Origin: Candidatus Gorgyraea atricola
GTDB taxonomy: Bacteria > Omnitrophota > Gorgyraeia > Gorgyraeales > Gorgyraeaceae
Length of the DNA stretch: 64,000 nt
Reading direction: 5' to 3'
Assembly (NCBI GenBank): GCA_030765235.1
Contig: JAVCCW010000010.1
Span: 30,907-94,906 of the forward strand
The translations under genes were made by a program, and so were the position numbers. Below, piece by piece: positions 47,976 to 57,070 of the stretch. A model generated the notes under the pieces. The model saw nothing but the letters and a program-made list of their open reading frames with translations, was not told the DNA's origin and did not search any database. Numbering within the stretch: the first letter of the stretch is position 1; the number at the start of each line of letters is the position of its first letter.

Positions 47976-48776
47976 TCAATGTAGCTCTACCGGTTTGTTC
48001 ATATAATCCGTATAATCGATCTCTCCTGTCAGCTCCTGTTTGACCATGCGTATACGATCAGCAATATGCGGGTGAGAGCGATAACTTCTATGCGGCCTTA
48101 TTGGTGCTTCTCTGTTCACCTCTTGCATCTTTTTTAAAAAACTCAGCATTGCCATGGGATCAAAGCCTGCGGCCTTTAGATATTTGATCGCGATCCTGTC
48201 TGCAAGCGCCTCATCTTCTCGAGAGTACTCCATGACCAGCTGGCCAAAGGCTGCATTGATCCTGCCATAGTCCTGAGCGCCCTGGCCTGAAAAAACCATG
48301 AGTAGCTGCAGTATATTAAATCCCACGCCGCCTTGCAATCTTTTCATGGAGTGTCTTGCTACGACATGCGCCACTTCATGAGCCATTACTGACGCCAGCT
48401 CATCATCTGTCTCGACCTTTTCCATAAGTCCTCTAAAAATAAATATATACCCGCCTGGCAATGCAAACGCATTGACATCATCATCATCTATCACCCTAAA
48501 CGTATAATTTACCTCCTGCCTATCAGAAACAGCAGCAATCCTCCTGCCAAGTTCTCTTAGGCGCTCTGCCTCCAGCGGATCCGGGTCTAATTCAATATCC
48601 GGATTCTTCTCAATACTATTCGCGATACTCCTACCCATGTTTATTTCACTCTCAGTGCTCACAAACATAATATCATCCCTACCCGTAACAGCATTATACT
48701 CACGCTCCACGCACCCAGCCAATAAACACACACATAGCACCAATATATACTTCATATAGACATAAGTGTATGCCAT
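47976..48776 (-). CDS. M48-family Zn-metalloprotease lipoprotein (BepA/HtpX-like)
   Basis: 266 aa; lipobox LLAGC; HEVAHVVARH (HExxH) motif plus downstream Glu. Confidence 0.75.
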   Translation of the reverse strand: MAYTYVYMKYILVLCVCLLAGCVEREYNAVTGRDDIMFVSTESEINMGRSIANSIEKNPDIELDPDPLEAERLRELGRRIAAVSDRQEVNYTFRVIDDDDVNAFALPGGYIFIFRGLMEKVETDDELASVMAHEVAHVVARHSMKRLQGGVGFNILQLLMVFSGQGAQDYGRINAAFGQLVMEYSREDEALADRIAIKYLKAAGFDPMAMLSFLKKMQEVNREAPIRPHRSYRSHPHIADRIRMVKQELTGEIDYTDYMNKPVELH

Positions 48777-48840
48777 AAAGGCCCAATCGTCAAATATATT
48801 TTTATTGAAGTTTTATTATGCCTAGATAGGTCGAGTTGTA

Positions 48841-49096
48841 AAGCTAAAAGGAGGCCTGTTCGCTCAGGGGAAAATTTCCCTCCTCGCCCCGCCCTTTCTA
48901 CGAAAGGGCGGGACTCGGAAACAGGTCGCCTTTCATTTTGCATTTTGGTGGGGCCGAAAAAACTTCACCCACACCATAGGTGTGGGTGTCGAACAGTTTT
49001 CGGCCTTTTTGTCTCATAGAATGTGACAAAATAAACCACCAAAATGCAAAATGAAAGACTAAATTTTCAATTCGCGAACAGGCCTCCTTTTAGCTT
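48841..49096 (+). mobile_element. MITE-like element, family copy 2 (perfect 23-bp TIR aagctaaaaggaggcctgttcgc)
   Basis: Same family as 36045-36312; perfect terminal inverted repeats; internal hairpins ccccgccctttc-uacg-gaaagggcgggg and cacccacaccataggtgtgggtg. Confidence 0.65.
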
Positions 49097-49125
49097 TACA
49101 AAGTAAGCGTACCTAAATAGGGTGT

Positions 49126-50022
49126 CTATAAAAAACTCAGTGCTTTTTTTGATTTAGTATTTAATATTTTGCCAATAAAGCCTCTTGCTCCTGTCATATC
49201 TTTTACTATAGAAGCATAATTAAATTCACTTATGAAAGGAGCTGTATTTATTGCCGCATTACGCAGTCTCTTTGTTTCCTCTTTTGATGGACGGGTTTCC
49301 TTCCAAATATTCTTAATGATTCCTGCAAGATGGGGTGTAAAGTTGCTTCTTATAAAATCTCCCACTTCTTTTTTACTGCGAATTATTGCTGTAATATACA
49401 TTATAACCTCATCTTCATCTAAGCCAAAGAACTCCATTAACTGATAAATCTGGCCAAATGAAGAAGGATCAGATCTAGCTAATTTTTCCCATCTTAAATG
49501 CATTCTTTCATGCCACAGTAAAGACATGACTATTTCTTCTAATGTCCTGTTCCAACTACTAGAATTAACCTCTACTTTTATCCAATCAGGATTTAACACT
49601 TTAGAAGCTTTAAAAAAACATCCATCCCCCTTTTTATATAGCTCTAACAATTTAGATGCCCCTGGCAACCTCAAGGCAGACGCTTTGTTAAGGAGTGACA
49701 ATATCTCTTTATTTTCAACTGAATCTTCTGAGGCTGTTTTTTCTGAAATTGCTAGTGCAGTATTGCTTTCGCTTCCTAAGTTTAATAGCGAGAAAAGCTG
49801 GTCCGTAACCACATAGGTCTTGAAAGGAGAATCTGTACGAACTTGGTGTATTAACTTCTCCTCCGACGGAATACTTGGCGAGTCATTTTTATCATCCTGC
49901 TCGAAATTCAGAGGAACTCTTAGGCAATCTGCGTCGATCGAATACGCTGGATTTGGGCACAAAAATGCTCCTATTAATGTAAATAGCAAGGCTATATGAT
50001 TTACCTTTCTCATATAGATCAT
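49126..50022 (-). CDS. Secreted hypothetical protein (signal peptide + CLRVP motif), bracketed by inverted MITE copies
   Basis: 298 aa; N-terminal signal peptide; shares post-signal CLRVP motif with 36370-37752 product; no recognised domain. Confidence 0.4.
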   Translation of the reverse strand: MIYMRKVNHIALLFTLIGAFLCPNPAYSIDADCLRVPLNFEQDDKNDSPSIPSEEKLIHQVRTDSPFKTYVVTDQLFSLLNLGSESNTALAISEKTASEDSVENKEILSLLNKASALRLPGASKLLELYKKGDGCFFKASKVLNPDWIKVEVNSSSWNRTLEEIVMSLLWHERMHLRWEKLARSDPSSFGQIYQLMEFFGLDEDEVIMYITAIIRSKKEVGDFIRSNFTPHLAGIIKNIWKETRPSKEETKRLRNAAINTAPFISEFNYASIVKDMTGARGFIGKILNTKSKKALSFL

Positions 50023-50025
50023 CTT

Positions 50026-50293
50026 AGCCCAAACAAGGAGGCCTGGGAGCGAATTGAAAATTTAGCCTTTTATGTAGCATTTTGGCGGTTTCTATGGCTC
50101 ATTATATGAGCCCAAAAGGCTGAAAACTGTCCGACACCCACACCTATGGTGTGGGTGGAGTTTTTTCAGTCCCGCCAAAATGCGGAATAAAAGGCGACCT
50201 GTTTCCGAGCCCCGTCCTTTTGGCTAAAAGCCAAAAGGACGGGGCGAGGAGGGAAATTTTCCCCTGAGCTCCCAGGCCTTCTTGTTTGGGCGA
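50026..50293 (-). mobile_element. MITE-like element, family copy 3, inverted orientation (TIR cccaaacaag[ag]aggcctgggagc)
   Basis: Reverse complement aligns along its length to copies 1 and 2; one internal hairpin is remodelled with compensatory changes (ccccgtccttttggc-uuuua-gccaaaaggacgggg). Confidence 0.6.
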
Positions 50294-50302
50294 CACAGGT
50301 AA

Positions 50303-52381
50303 TTATCTAAAAATCAATAATAAAGTTCCTAAGAGGAAGAATAATACCGCGGTGGATAGTTTTACCAGGCCTAGGTGTTTCTGCATGAATTTGGAGAAGG
50401 TGGTTGAGGTGGCGCCGAAGAGGCCTAGGATGAATACGGCTATTAGGGGTAGGATAAAGGCTAGGTTGTAGAGTACGAGGTATGCGAATGCGGATATGGC
50501 CTTGCCAGGCATCCTCATTACAAACGCTATAGTGGGGAGATAGACCTGGCCAGTGCAAAAGGATTCAAGGATAGACACCATAAATCCCGCGGTAAACGCG
50601 ACCCATATTATCTTGGCGATATTGTGCTTCTCGCCCCTGAAATCAGAGCCAATGACCGAATGGATCCTCTTCTTAATAGATTCCGGAAGTTTCAATATGA
50701 TACTGCTAGTATCCTTTGTCTTCTTGAATCTAAAATAATCCACAAGGCTCAGGATTCCGAGCAAAATAGCAAGCCCGCCTATCAGAATATTTATAGCAAG
50801 CATTACATAACTAAATCCACTCAATATCTTTAAAAACCTGAAGATCCCCAGGCCAATAAGAAGATACGCGATAAATACAGCCACAGTAAAAGACGCGCCC
50901 GCGAAAAACATCTCACGCCTACGATAACCAACAAACGCAAGAAACGATATAAAGAACACTATAGTCGTAAAAGCGCAGGGATTAACGCCATCGAGCAGTC
51001 CTGCCGCCATAACAGTATATACACTAAAGGATTCAAACTTGGACAGGATAAGTGACTCTGTAGGCGGGTGATATTCAGCGGCCTCGAGAGCTAATTCCTT
51101 GTTTTTTTTTAGAATAGCTGGATCCTCTTCCAGGGCATCGTGTATAACCTCATCCAGCCTGGAAAAGATCTCTTCCTTGCCCATTAAAACATATCCTGAG
51201 ACGATGACCTCAGGCACATAACCGCCTTCTATCCCGTATAGATTCTCGAGCTTAGTCATGTACTCGAAATTTTTCGTAGTGCCTATGTCAAGGTGCTCCA
51301 GCGTGATAGCATCGCCATATTTCTGCTTGATCTCAGGCAATAGTTCCTTTTCTATATCCATGCATGCCTTGCACCCTGCTGTGTAAAAAACAAGGACCTT
51401 TAATGGCCTATCGAAAAGCAATGACCCTACCGCCACAGAGTCCATTTCCTCTATCTTTTGTGACTTCGGCAGCCTTGAGGAAATATCAGCTACTACATTA
51501 ATACCGTCGTATTCTTCCCCTAGCGGCGTAGATTCCCATGTATATGAATGGACTTTACCCTTGTACAGTTTTAGATCTAACCTTCCTATCTTTCTTGAAT
51601 GATAAGAAGTCGGCATGACCAGCGTATCATTTATCTTCATGGGCTCCTGGCTCTGAGCATCCCAGTGCCCGCTAAGTATTACATCTATTCCCTCAACACT
51701 CTTTGCGAGATCTATTGAATATGGCAGGCCCAGATGGCCAAGCACGATAATTACATCTGAGTTAGCCCTTAACTCAGGGATATATTTGGAAATAGTTTTT
51801 TTATTCGACAGTATGTCCAGTCTCTTAGAATTAAGAACGTAACGCTCATTTACAAGCCCGATAATACCCACCCTTAAACCATTCTTCATAGTCTTTATTA
51901 TATATGGCTTTGAAAAGGGCTCTTCTGTATTTTTATCCACTATATTCGCTGATATCAGAGGAAATGACAGGCCGTCCTCTTGCTGTCTTAAGAAAGATTC
52001 TCCTAGAACAAGGTCGCTCTCGCCAATATTCATTACATCATATTTCATGAGCTTCATTGCCTCAAATGAAATAGACGCGTTGCGCGCTACATCTTCTTTC
52101 TTTAGATCCGCTGTAAGCAGAGACACGACATCCCCTACATCTAATAGCAGGACATCATCTACCTTTTTCCTTACCTCAGAGAGATATTCATATCTTCTAT
52201 TAAGGCCGCCAAAATCATCCTTAGGACAATGGCAATTCTCCAGCTCTCCGCGCATATCTCCTGTAAAGACAATAGTGAGTTTCTGGGATCTTGCAAGGCA
52301 GGGCTGCGCGATCAGGATGGCGAATATTAGCGCTAAAATTGTTTTTATCACCTTTTTATGCATTATATATAAGTATACCAC
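50303..52381 (-). CDS. Three-module protein: periplasmic metallophosphoesterase/5'-nucleotidase-like domain + thioredoxin-like CxxC domain + C-terminal CcdA/DsbD-type transmembrane domain
   Basis: 692 aa; signal peptide; calcineurin-like fold lacking the canonical GDxHG His (FTGDMRGE) but with CHCP; Trx-like FYTAGCKACMDIE; C-terminal 6-8 TM helices with DsbD-type GLLDGVNPCAF motif. Confidence 0.5.
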   Translation of the reverse strand: MVYLYIMHKKVIKTILALIFAILIAQPCLARSQKLTIVFTGDMRGELENCHCPKDDFGGLNRRYEYLSEVRKKVDDVLLLDVGDVVSLLTADLKKEDVARNASISFEAMKLMKYDVMNIGESDLVLGESFLRQQEDGLSFPLISANIVDKNTEEPFSKPYIIKTMKNGLRVGIIGLVNERYVLNSKRLDILSNKKTISKYIPELRANSDVIIVLGHLGLPYSIDLAKSVEGIDVILSGHWDAQSQEPMKINDTLVMPTSYHSRKIGRLDLKLYKGKVHSYTWESTPLGEEYDGINVVADISSRLPKSQKIEEMDSVAVGSLLFDRPLKVLVFYTAGCKACMDIEKELLPEIKQKYGDAITLEHLDIGTTKNFEYMTKLENLYGIEGGYVPEVIVSGYVLMGKEEIFSRLDEVIHDALEEDPAILKKNKELALEAAEYHPPTESLILSKFESFSVYTVMAAGLLDGVNPCAFTTIVFFISFLAFVGYRRREMFFAGASFTVAVFIAYLLIGLGIFRFLKILSGFSYVMLAINILIGGLAILLGILSLVDYFRFKKTKDTSSIILKLPESIKKRIHSVIGSDFRGEKHNIAKIIWVAFTAGFMVSILESFCTGQVYLPTIAFVMRMPGKAISAFAYLVLYNLAFILPLIAVFILGLFGATSTTFSKFMQKHLGLVKLSTAVLFFLLGTLLLIFR

Positions 52382-52445
52382 AAAAAAGGCCCCAATTAAA
52401 GTCTTTGTGGGGCCTTTTTTGCAACTATTCGTATTATTGCTTATC

Positions 52446-54995
52446 TTACATTACTTCAATTATAGGAACTGGAGTTGCATTTACTGTGGCCACCAGCGTA
52501 TCAACTGCAGTATTGCACTCAGTACCTGAATCATCCTTAACTGTTAGAACCACTTTATAAAGGCCTATGCCCTTGTAAGCATGCCTTACCTTTGTCCCTT
52601 GCGCAGTTTGGCCATCACCAAAATCCCATGTATACGTAAGGTTATCATTATCTGGATCAAATGAATCTGACGCATCAAATTCAACCTCGTCATTAACGCA
52701 GATCAAAAGATCCCCGCCAGCCTCTGCTACAGGAGGTGTGTTTACGTTAAGGTAATGCACCTTTGTCGAGCCTGAGCAATCTGAATTTTTACCATCATCA
52801 ACAAACAGCGTTGCTTTATAGAGCCCACCCTTTGCATAATTATGCTTTACGTTAGCTCCGCTTTCAGTAGTACCATCGCCAAAATCCCAAACATAATCCA
52901 GCTTATCTCCGTCAGGATCGTTCGATAACGCGCCGTCAAACTTTATCCCCTCGTCAACACAGGCAATGTCCTTAGAGCTTATGTCTGCGGTGGGATTGGA
53001 GTTGACATTCACTGAAATGGCATCTGTCGCGCTTGAACACTCTGCGCCAGCACCATCATCTACCTTAAGAGTAGCATTATAAAGGCCTCCTTTTGCATAC
53101 TGATGAGAGACCTTTTTTCCTCTGGCTGTTTTTCCATCGCCAAAATCCCATAGATAGCTAAGAGTATCCCCGTCATTGTCAAACGACAAAGAGGCATCAA
53201 ACTCTGCCTTCTCTGTCAGGCATATGTTTATATCGTTTCCTGCGTTAGCCATTGGCGCCCTGTTTAAGTTAACAAGCTTTGTCGCAGTTGACTTATTGCA
53301 ATCTGTATAGGTATTGTCGGTAACAAGGAGTTTAGTCGCGTACTCTCCGCCCCTTTCATACCTATGAGTGACTACCTTGCCTTCCTCTGTCTCGCCATCA
53401 CCGAAATCCCAGACATAAGTCAGATTATCATTATCCGCGTCCTTTGACTTTGACGCGTCAAAAGTGACTTCCAGGGGATCATTAGGATCTTTCTTGCACA
53501 ACATTATATCTTTACCCGCGTCAGCGATAGGTGCGGTATTTACTGCTACATTTAATCTATCCACGCCTGTATCGCACATGGTCCCTGAATCATCGACTAC
53601 AGTAAGCGCGACTTGATAATCTCCGCCTTTAGCGTATTTATGAGAGACCTTTACGCCTTCAGCTGTCTCGCCATCGCCAAAATTCCATTTGTATGTCAGA
53701 TTATCTTCGGGACTATCTGTTGACTGTGTGCCATCGAATAGTATCTCTGTATCAACACAGGTCACATTAGGGCCGTCTGCTATAGCGCATGGCGGCTGAT
53801 TGACTTTTACGACCTGCTGAGTCGAAGCTGTATTACAATCCACCTCTGAGGCATCTGTAACTGTCAGCTTGACAAGATATTTTCCAGCATCCTTATAGGT
53901 ATGCATGTTCTTTAACTGTGTGCTGGTAGTACCATCACCAAAATCCCAGAAATACGCAAGGGTCTGATCATCTGGATCGTAAGACTTTGAACCATCAAAT
54001 GTAAATGTATTACATGAAAGCTTTGACTCCATCCATGGCTCTTCCTTTGCCTTAGCCTTAGTAGGCCGCTCAACAAAGACCCTCTTAGGTCCTCCTGCGC
54101 CAGGTGTAAAAAATACAGGAACTGCCGCGCCATCGCCTGTTGTCAGATACATCGCCATGTTTGCATTGGGCTGCCTGTCCTTTGTTATTTCATATACCCA
54201 TCTCTTGCCAGCATCAGATGGCAGAACATCTACTTCAGTATTTGCCCATATGCCGGTCCCAGAACCTTTTATACTGTAAGAACGAGATGCGCTTACGAGC
54301 TCTATATCTCCTCCGGTCGCGTCCAGATCATAATTGTACTCGATTATCTTTGCCGCGTCCGCGGGTATTGCGGGATAAAGCGCCATCTTTGTTCCGCGCT
54401 TCTCTGATAGTCTTAATGAAAGCGCGTAGCTGAATGCCTCCATTGTATCCGGTGATATCTCAAGGGCAAAGACATTGTTGTCATCCCCTGACAGCCCTTC
54501 AGCAACTATCTTAAAATATCTGAAATTTCCTACTTTCTCACCCTTGTCCGCTTCTATAGGAGAAAAGTGATAAAACTTTTTGTCATAGGATTCATCTTCT
54601 CCGAACTCCTGGGAATCCAGAAGCGTACCTTCAAGAAAATCTACGATCTTTGCCTCGCTTATCCCTGCTATGGATGAATACGCTTTCTTTCCGCCAAAAA
54701 TAGAAAAGCGGGTCGAGGTATTCCATTTTCCACTCTTTTCATCAATATAATCACCGACATCAGGATCATAGATGGATATTTCTATGTTACCAGTGTAATT
54801 CTCAGGAACTCTCAAGAATACGACTTGGGGCGCCTTTTTTGCGCCATAACTTTTTCTTCCATCCTCGCCAAAGGTATATAAATACCTGAGCTTACTCTCT
54901 TCTGGTGGTATTCTATAGCAAAGAGCATCCTTTACTATAGCAAAGCTTAAAAACAACACTGATGCGATTATGATATGCAATGTCTTCCTGCACAT
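52446..54995 (-). CDS. Secreted protein with at least seven tandem PKD domains
   Basis: 849 aa; signal peptide; repeated [YT]xWDFGDG[TQE]T blocks at about 85-95 aa spacing. Confidence 0.75.
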   Translation of the reverse strand: MCRKTLHIIIASVLFLSFAIVKDALCYRIPPEESKLRYLYTFGEDGRKSYGAKKAPQVVFLRVPENYTGNIEISIYDPDVGDYIDEKSGKWNTSTRFSIFGGKKAYSSIAGISEAKIVDFLEGTLLDSQEFGEDESYDKKFYHFSPIEADKGEKVGNFRYFKIVAEGLSGDDNNVFALEISPDTMEAFSYALSLRLSEKRGTKMALYPAIPADAAKIIEYNYDLDATGGDIELVSASRSYSIKGSGTGIWANTEVDVLPSDAGKRWVYEITKDRQPNANMAMYLTTGDGAAVPVFFTPGAGGPKRVFVERPTKAKAKEEPWMESKLSCNTFTFDGSKSYDPDDQTLAYFWDFGDGTTSTQLKNMHTYKDAGKYLVKLTVTDASEVDCNTASTQQVVKVNQPPCAIADGPNVTCVDTEILFDGTQSTDSPEDNLTYKWNFGDGETAEGVKVSHKYAKGGDYQVALTVVDDSGTMCDTGVDRLNVAVNTAPIADAGKDIMLCKKDPNDPLEVTFDASKSKDADNDNLTYVWDFGDGETEEGKVVTHRYERGGEYATKLLVTDNTYTDCNKSTATKLVNLNRAPMANAGNDINICLTEKAEFDASLSFDNDGDTLSYLWDFGDGKTARGKKVSHQYAKGGLYNATLKVDDGAGAECSSATDAISVNVNSNPTADISSKDIACVDEGIKFDGALSNDPDGDKLDYVWDFGDGTTESGANVKHNYAKGGLYKATLFVDDGKNSDCSGSTKVHYLNVNTPPVAEAGGDLLICVNDEVEFDASDSFDPDNDNLTYTWDFGDGQTAQGTKVRHAYKGIGLYKVVLTVKDDSGTECNTAVDTLVATVNATPVPIIEVM

Positions 54996-55164
54996 ATGTT
55001 ACCTCCTTGTTTGTTTTTTGTTCCCAATTACTTAATAAGTATTATAAAGTATTTAATCTAACATGTCAACAAAAAAAATAACTATTTTTTAACGTTATTA
55101 TACGATTATAGCTTGTTTTTTACGGTATTTATGGCATACTTTAAGTAGAAACAAGTAAATAATA

Positions 55165-55325
55165 TGGAACGACAAAGGCAAACCACTTGAAAGAGTGGGA
55201 CGTCATGAACCACAGAAGGTTCATGATCCCGTACTTGAGCGAAGCGAATAGTACGGGGCAAAACCACGGGCCCTGAGCAAAGCCAACGAAGTTGGCTGCG
55301 TCGAAGGGTGGCCGGGTTACCGAAA
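55165..55325 (+). ncRNA. Candidate c-di-GMP-I (GEMM) riboswitch with enlarged internal insertions, 5' leader of rlpA-like gene
   Basis: AAAGGCAAACCACUUGAAAGAGUGGGACG matches 25/29 of the Vibrio cholerae Vc2 core; ...GAGCAAAGCC...GGGUUACCGA present; two inserted perfect hairpins (ucaugaacc/gguucauga; cccguac/guacggg); ends 5 nt before ATG 55330. Confidence 0.55.
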
Positions 55326-55329
55326 CCAT

Positions 55330-55716
55330 ATGAAGAAACTCATAATTATAGCACTAACATTATCCCTCTTATCCGTCTTTCCAGGCAATGCTGGCTCAAC
55401 TCACGCTATATATAAAGGTACAGCATCATGGTATTCCCAGACTGATCCTGGAATCTTAGAGACAACTGCCAACATGGAGATCTTTGATGATTCAAAGCTA
55501 ACATGTGCCATGTGGGACCTGCCTTTTAATACCCTTCTAAAAGTCACGAATCTCGATAATAATAAATCTATATATGTAAGGGTAAATGACAGGGGTCCTG
55601 CTAAGAGACTAGTGAATCGTGGCAGGATAATAGATCTCTCAAAAAGGGCATTCTCTTATTTAGACGATCTAGGTAAAGGGTTGATTAAAGTCAGAGTGAA
55701 GATTGTAAAGCTATAA
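55330..55716 (+). CDS. RlpA-like double-psi beta-barrel (DPBB) secreted protein
   Basis: 128 aa; signal peptide; GTASWY ... NTLLKVTNLDNNKSIYVRVNDRGP ... GRIIDLSKRAF, hallmark of RlpA/3D-domain DPBB proteins. Confidence 0.75.
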   Translation: MKKLIIIALTLSLLSVFPGNAGSTHAIYKGTASWYSQTDPGILETTANMEIFDDSKLTCAMWDLPFNTLLKVTNLDNNKSIYVRVNDRGPAKRLVNRGRIIDLSKRAFSYLDDLGKGLIKVRVKIVKL

Positions 55717-57054
55717 CAACTCTGCGGCAAGGCTGGCTAGACTTGAGCGTTCGTTTTGAATAAGGGAGATGTGGCCAAACATCTCCTGACCTTTCATCTT
55801 CTCAACCGCATAGCTCAGACCATTAGAAGAAGAATCAAGATAGGGACTGTCTATCTGATATGGGTCTCCTGTTAAGATCATCTTTGTGTGATTCCCTGCG
55901 CGGCTGACAACAGTCTTTATTTCATGCGGCGTAAGATTCTGCGCCTCATCCACTATAATAAATTGATTAGGAATGCTCCTTCCTCTCATATATGTCAATG
56001 CCTCTAGCTGCAAAAGATCAGAATCTATTAAATCCTCAATGTGTTCTTTTCTCTTTCTTATGGTCAAGATGTATTCCAGATTATCATAAATTGGCTGCAT
56101 CCAGTTTATAAGCTTCTCTTCCTTTGTGCCAGGAAGGTATCCTATGTCTTTTCCCATAGGTATAACAGGTCTTGAAACAAGAAGCCTCTTGTACGCATGC
56201 TCATCCACTGCCTTCTTTAAGCCAGCTGCCAAGGCCAGAAGTGTCTTCCCAGTACCTGCCTGGCCTACGAGCGTTACTAGCTTCACGCTATCATCCATTA
56301 AAAGATCAAATGCCATGGCCTGCTCTTTATTCCTTGGCTTGATCCCCCAGGCATCGCTTGCCTCAGGCCTTAGAGCCATCGCGCCTTTTTTCTTGTGGCA
56401 AAACCTTGCGAGGGCAGTATGTTTTTCGTTTGTACTGTCTTTCAATAAAACATATTGATTTGGAAATATATCCTTGTCTTTGATCTCTAGAAATTTTTTA
56501 TTATAAAACCTGTCTATATCTTTTCTATCTACCAGGACCTCTTTCCACCCGCTATAAAGCCTGTCCATGTCCACCTTTTGTTTTTCAAAATCCACTGCCT
56601 TTATGCCAAGGGCATCTGCCTTGACTCTTGCGTTGATATCCTTTGATACAAAGACAACTATGGATCCCTTCTGCTGCAGGCTATATGCTGTCATCAGGAT
56701 CTTGTTATCCCTTTCTTCGCGAGAAAGATCAAAAGGCTTTTTTATATCTACATGCATGATTATGCGTAAGAGGCCTCCTCCTTCCAGAGGCACACCTTCA
56801 CCTAATCTGCCTTTTTCTCTCAGCTCATCCAGCATCCTTATGGTAGCACGGGCATTCCTGCCTTTTTCATCGCTATCCTTTTTAAATATGTCCAATTCCT
56901 CTATGACATCAATAGGCAGGACGACCTCGTTATCAGCAAACGATTCTAAGGCACTGGCATTATGAAGAAGTACATTTGTGTCTAATACAAATATCTTTCG
57001 CATATGTTTACAAAAAAATCCCTCAGGAGATTTCTCTCCCGAGGGATTTTGCAT
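55711..57054 (-). CDS. PIN-domain + PhoH-like ATPase (YlaK family)
   Basis: 447 aa; N-terminal PIN (FVLDTNVLLHN); Walker A GQAGTGKT; Walker B IIVDEAQN. Confidence 0.8.
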   Translation of the reverse strand: MQNPSGEKSPEGFFCKHMRKIFVLDTNVLLHNASALESFADNEVVLPIDVIEELDIFKKDSDEKGRNARATIRMLDELREKGRLGEGVPLEGGGLLRIIMHVDIKKPFDLSREERDNKILMTAYSLQQKGSIVVFVSKDINARVKADALGIKAVDFEKQKVDMDRLYSGWKEVLVDRKDIDRFYNKKFLEIKDKDIFPNQYVLLKDSTNEKHTALARFCHKKKGAMALRPEASDAWGIKPRNKEQAMAFDLLMDDSVKLVTLVGQAGTGKTLLALAAGLKKAVDEHAYKRLLVSRPVIPMGKDIGYLPGTKEEKLINWMQPIYDNLEYILTIRKRKEHIEDLIDSDLLQLEALTYMRGRSIPNQFIIVDEAQNLTPHEIKTVVSRAGNHTKMILTGDPYQIDSPYLDSSSNGLSYAVEKMKGQEMFGHISLIQNERSSLASLAAELL

Positions 57055-57070
57055 TCATGTTGTAATCGAC

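Noticed and set aside
52446-54995. Tandem DNA repeats or a CRISPR-like periodicity in the PKD gene
   Set aside because: Periodicity is at the protein level (diverged about 270-nt PKD modules); no short identical direct repeats with unique spacers anywhere in the window, and no cas genes.
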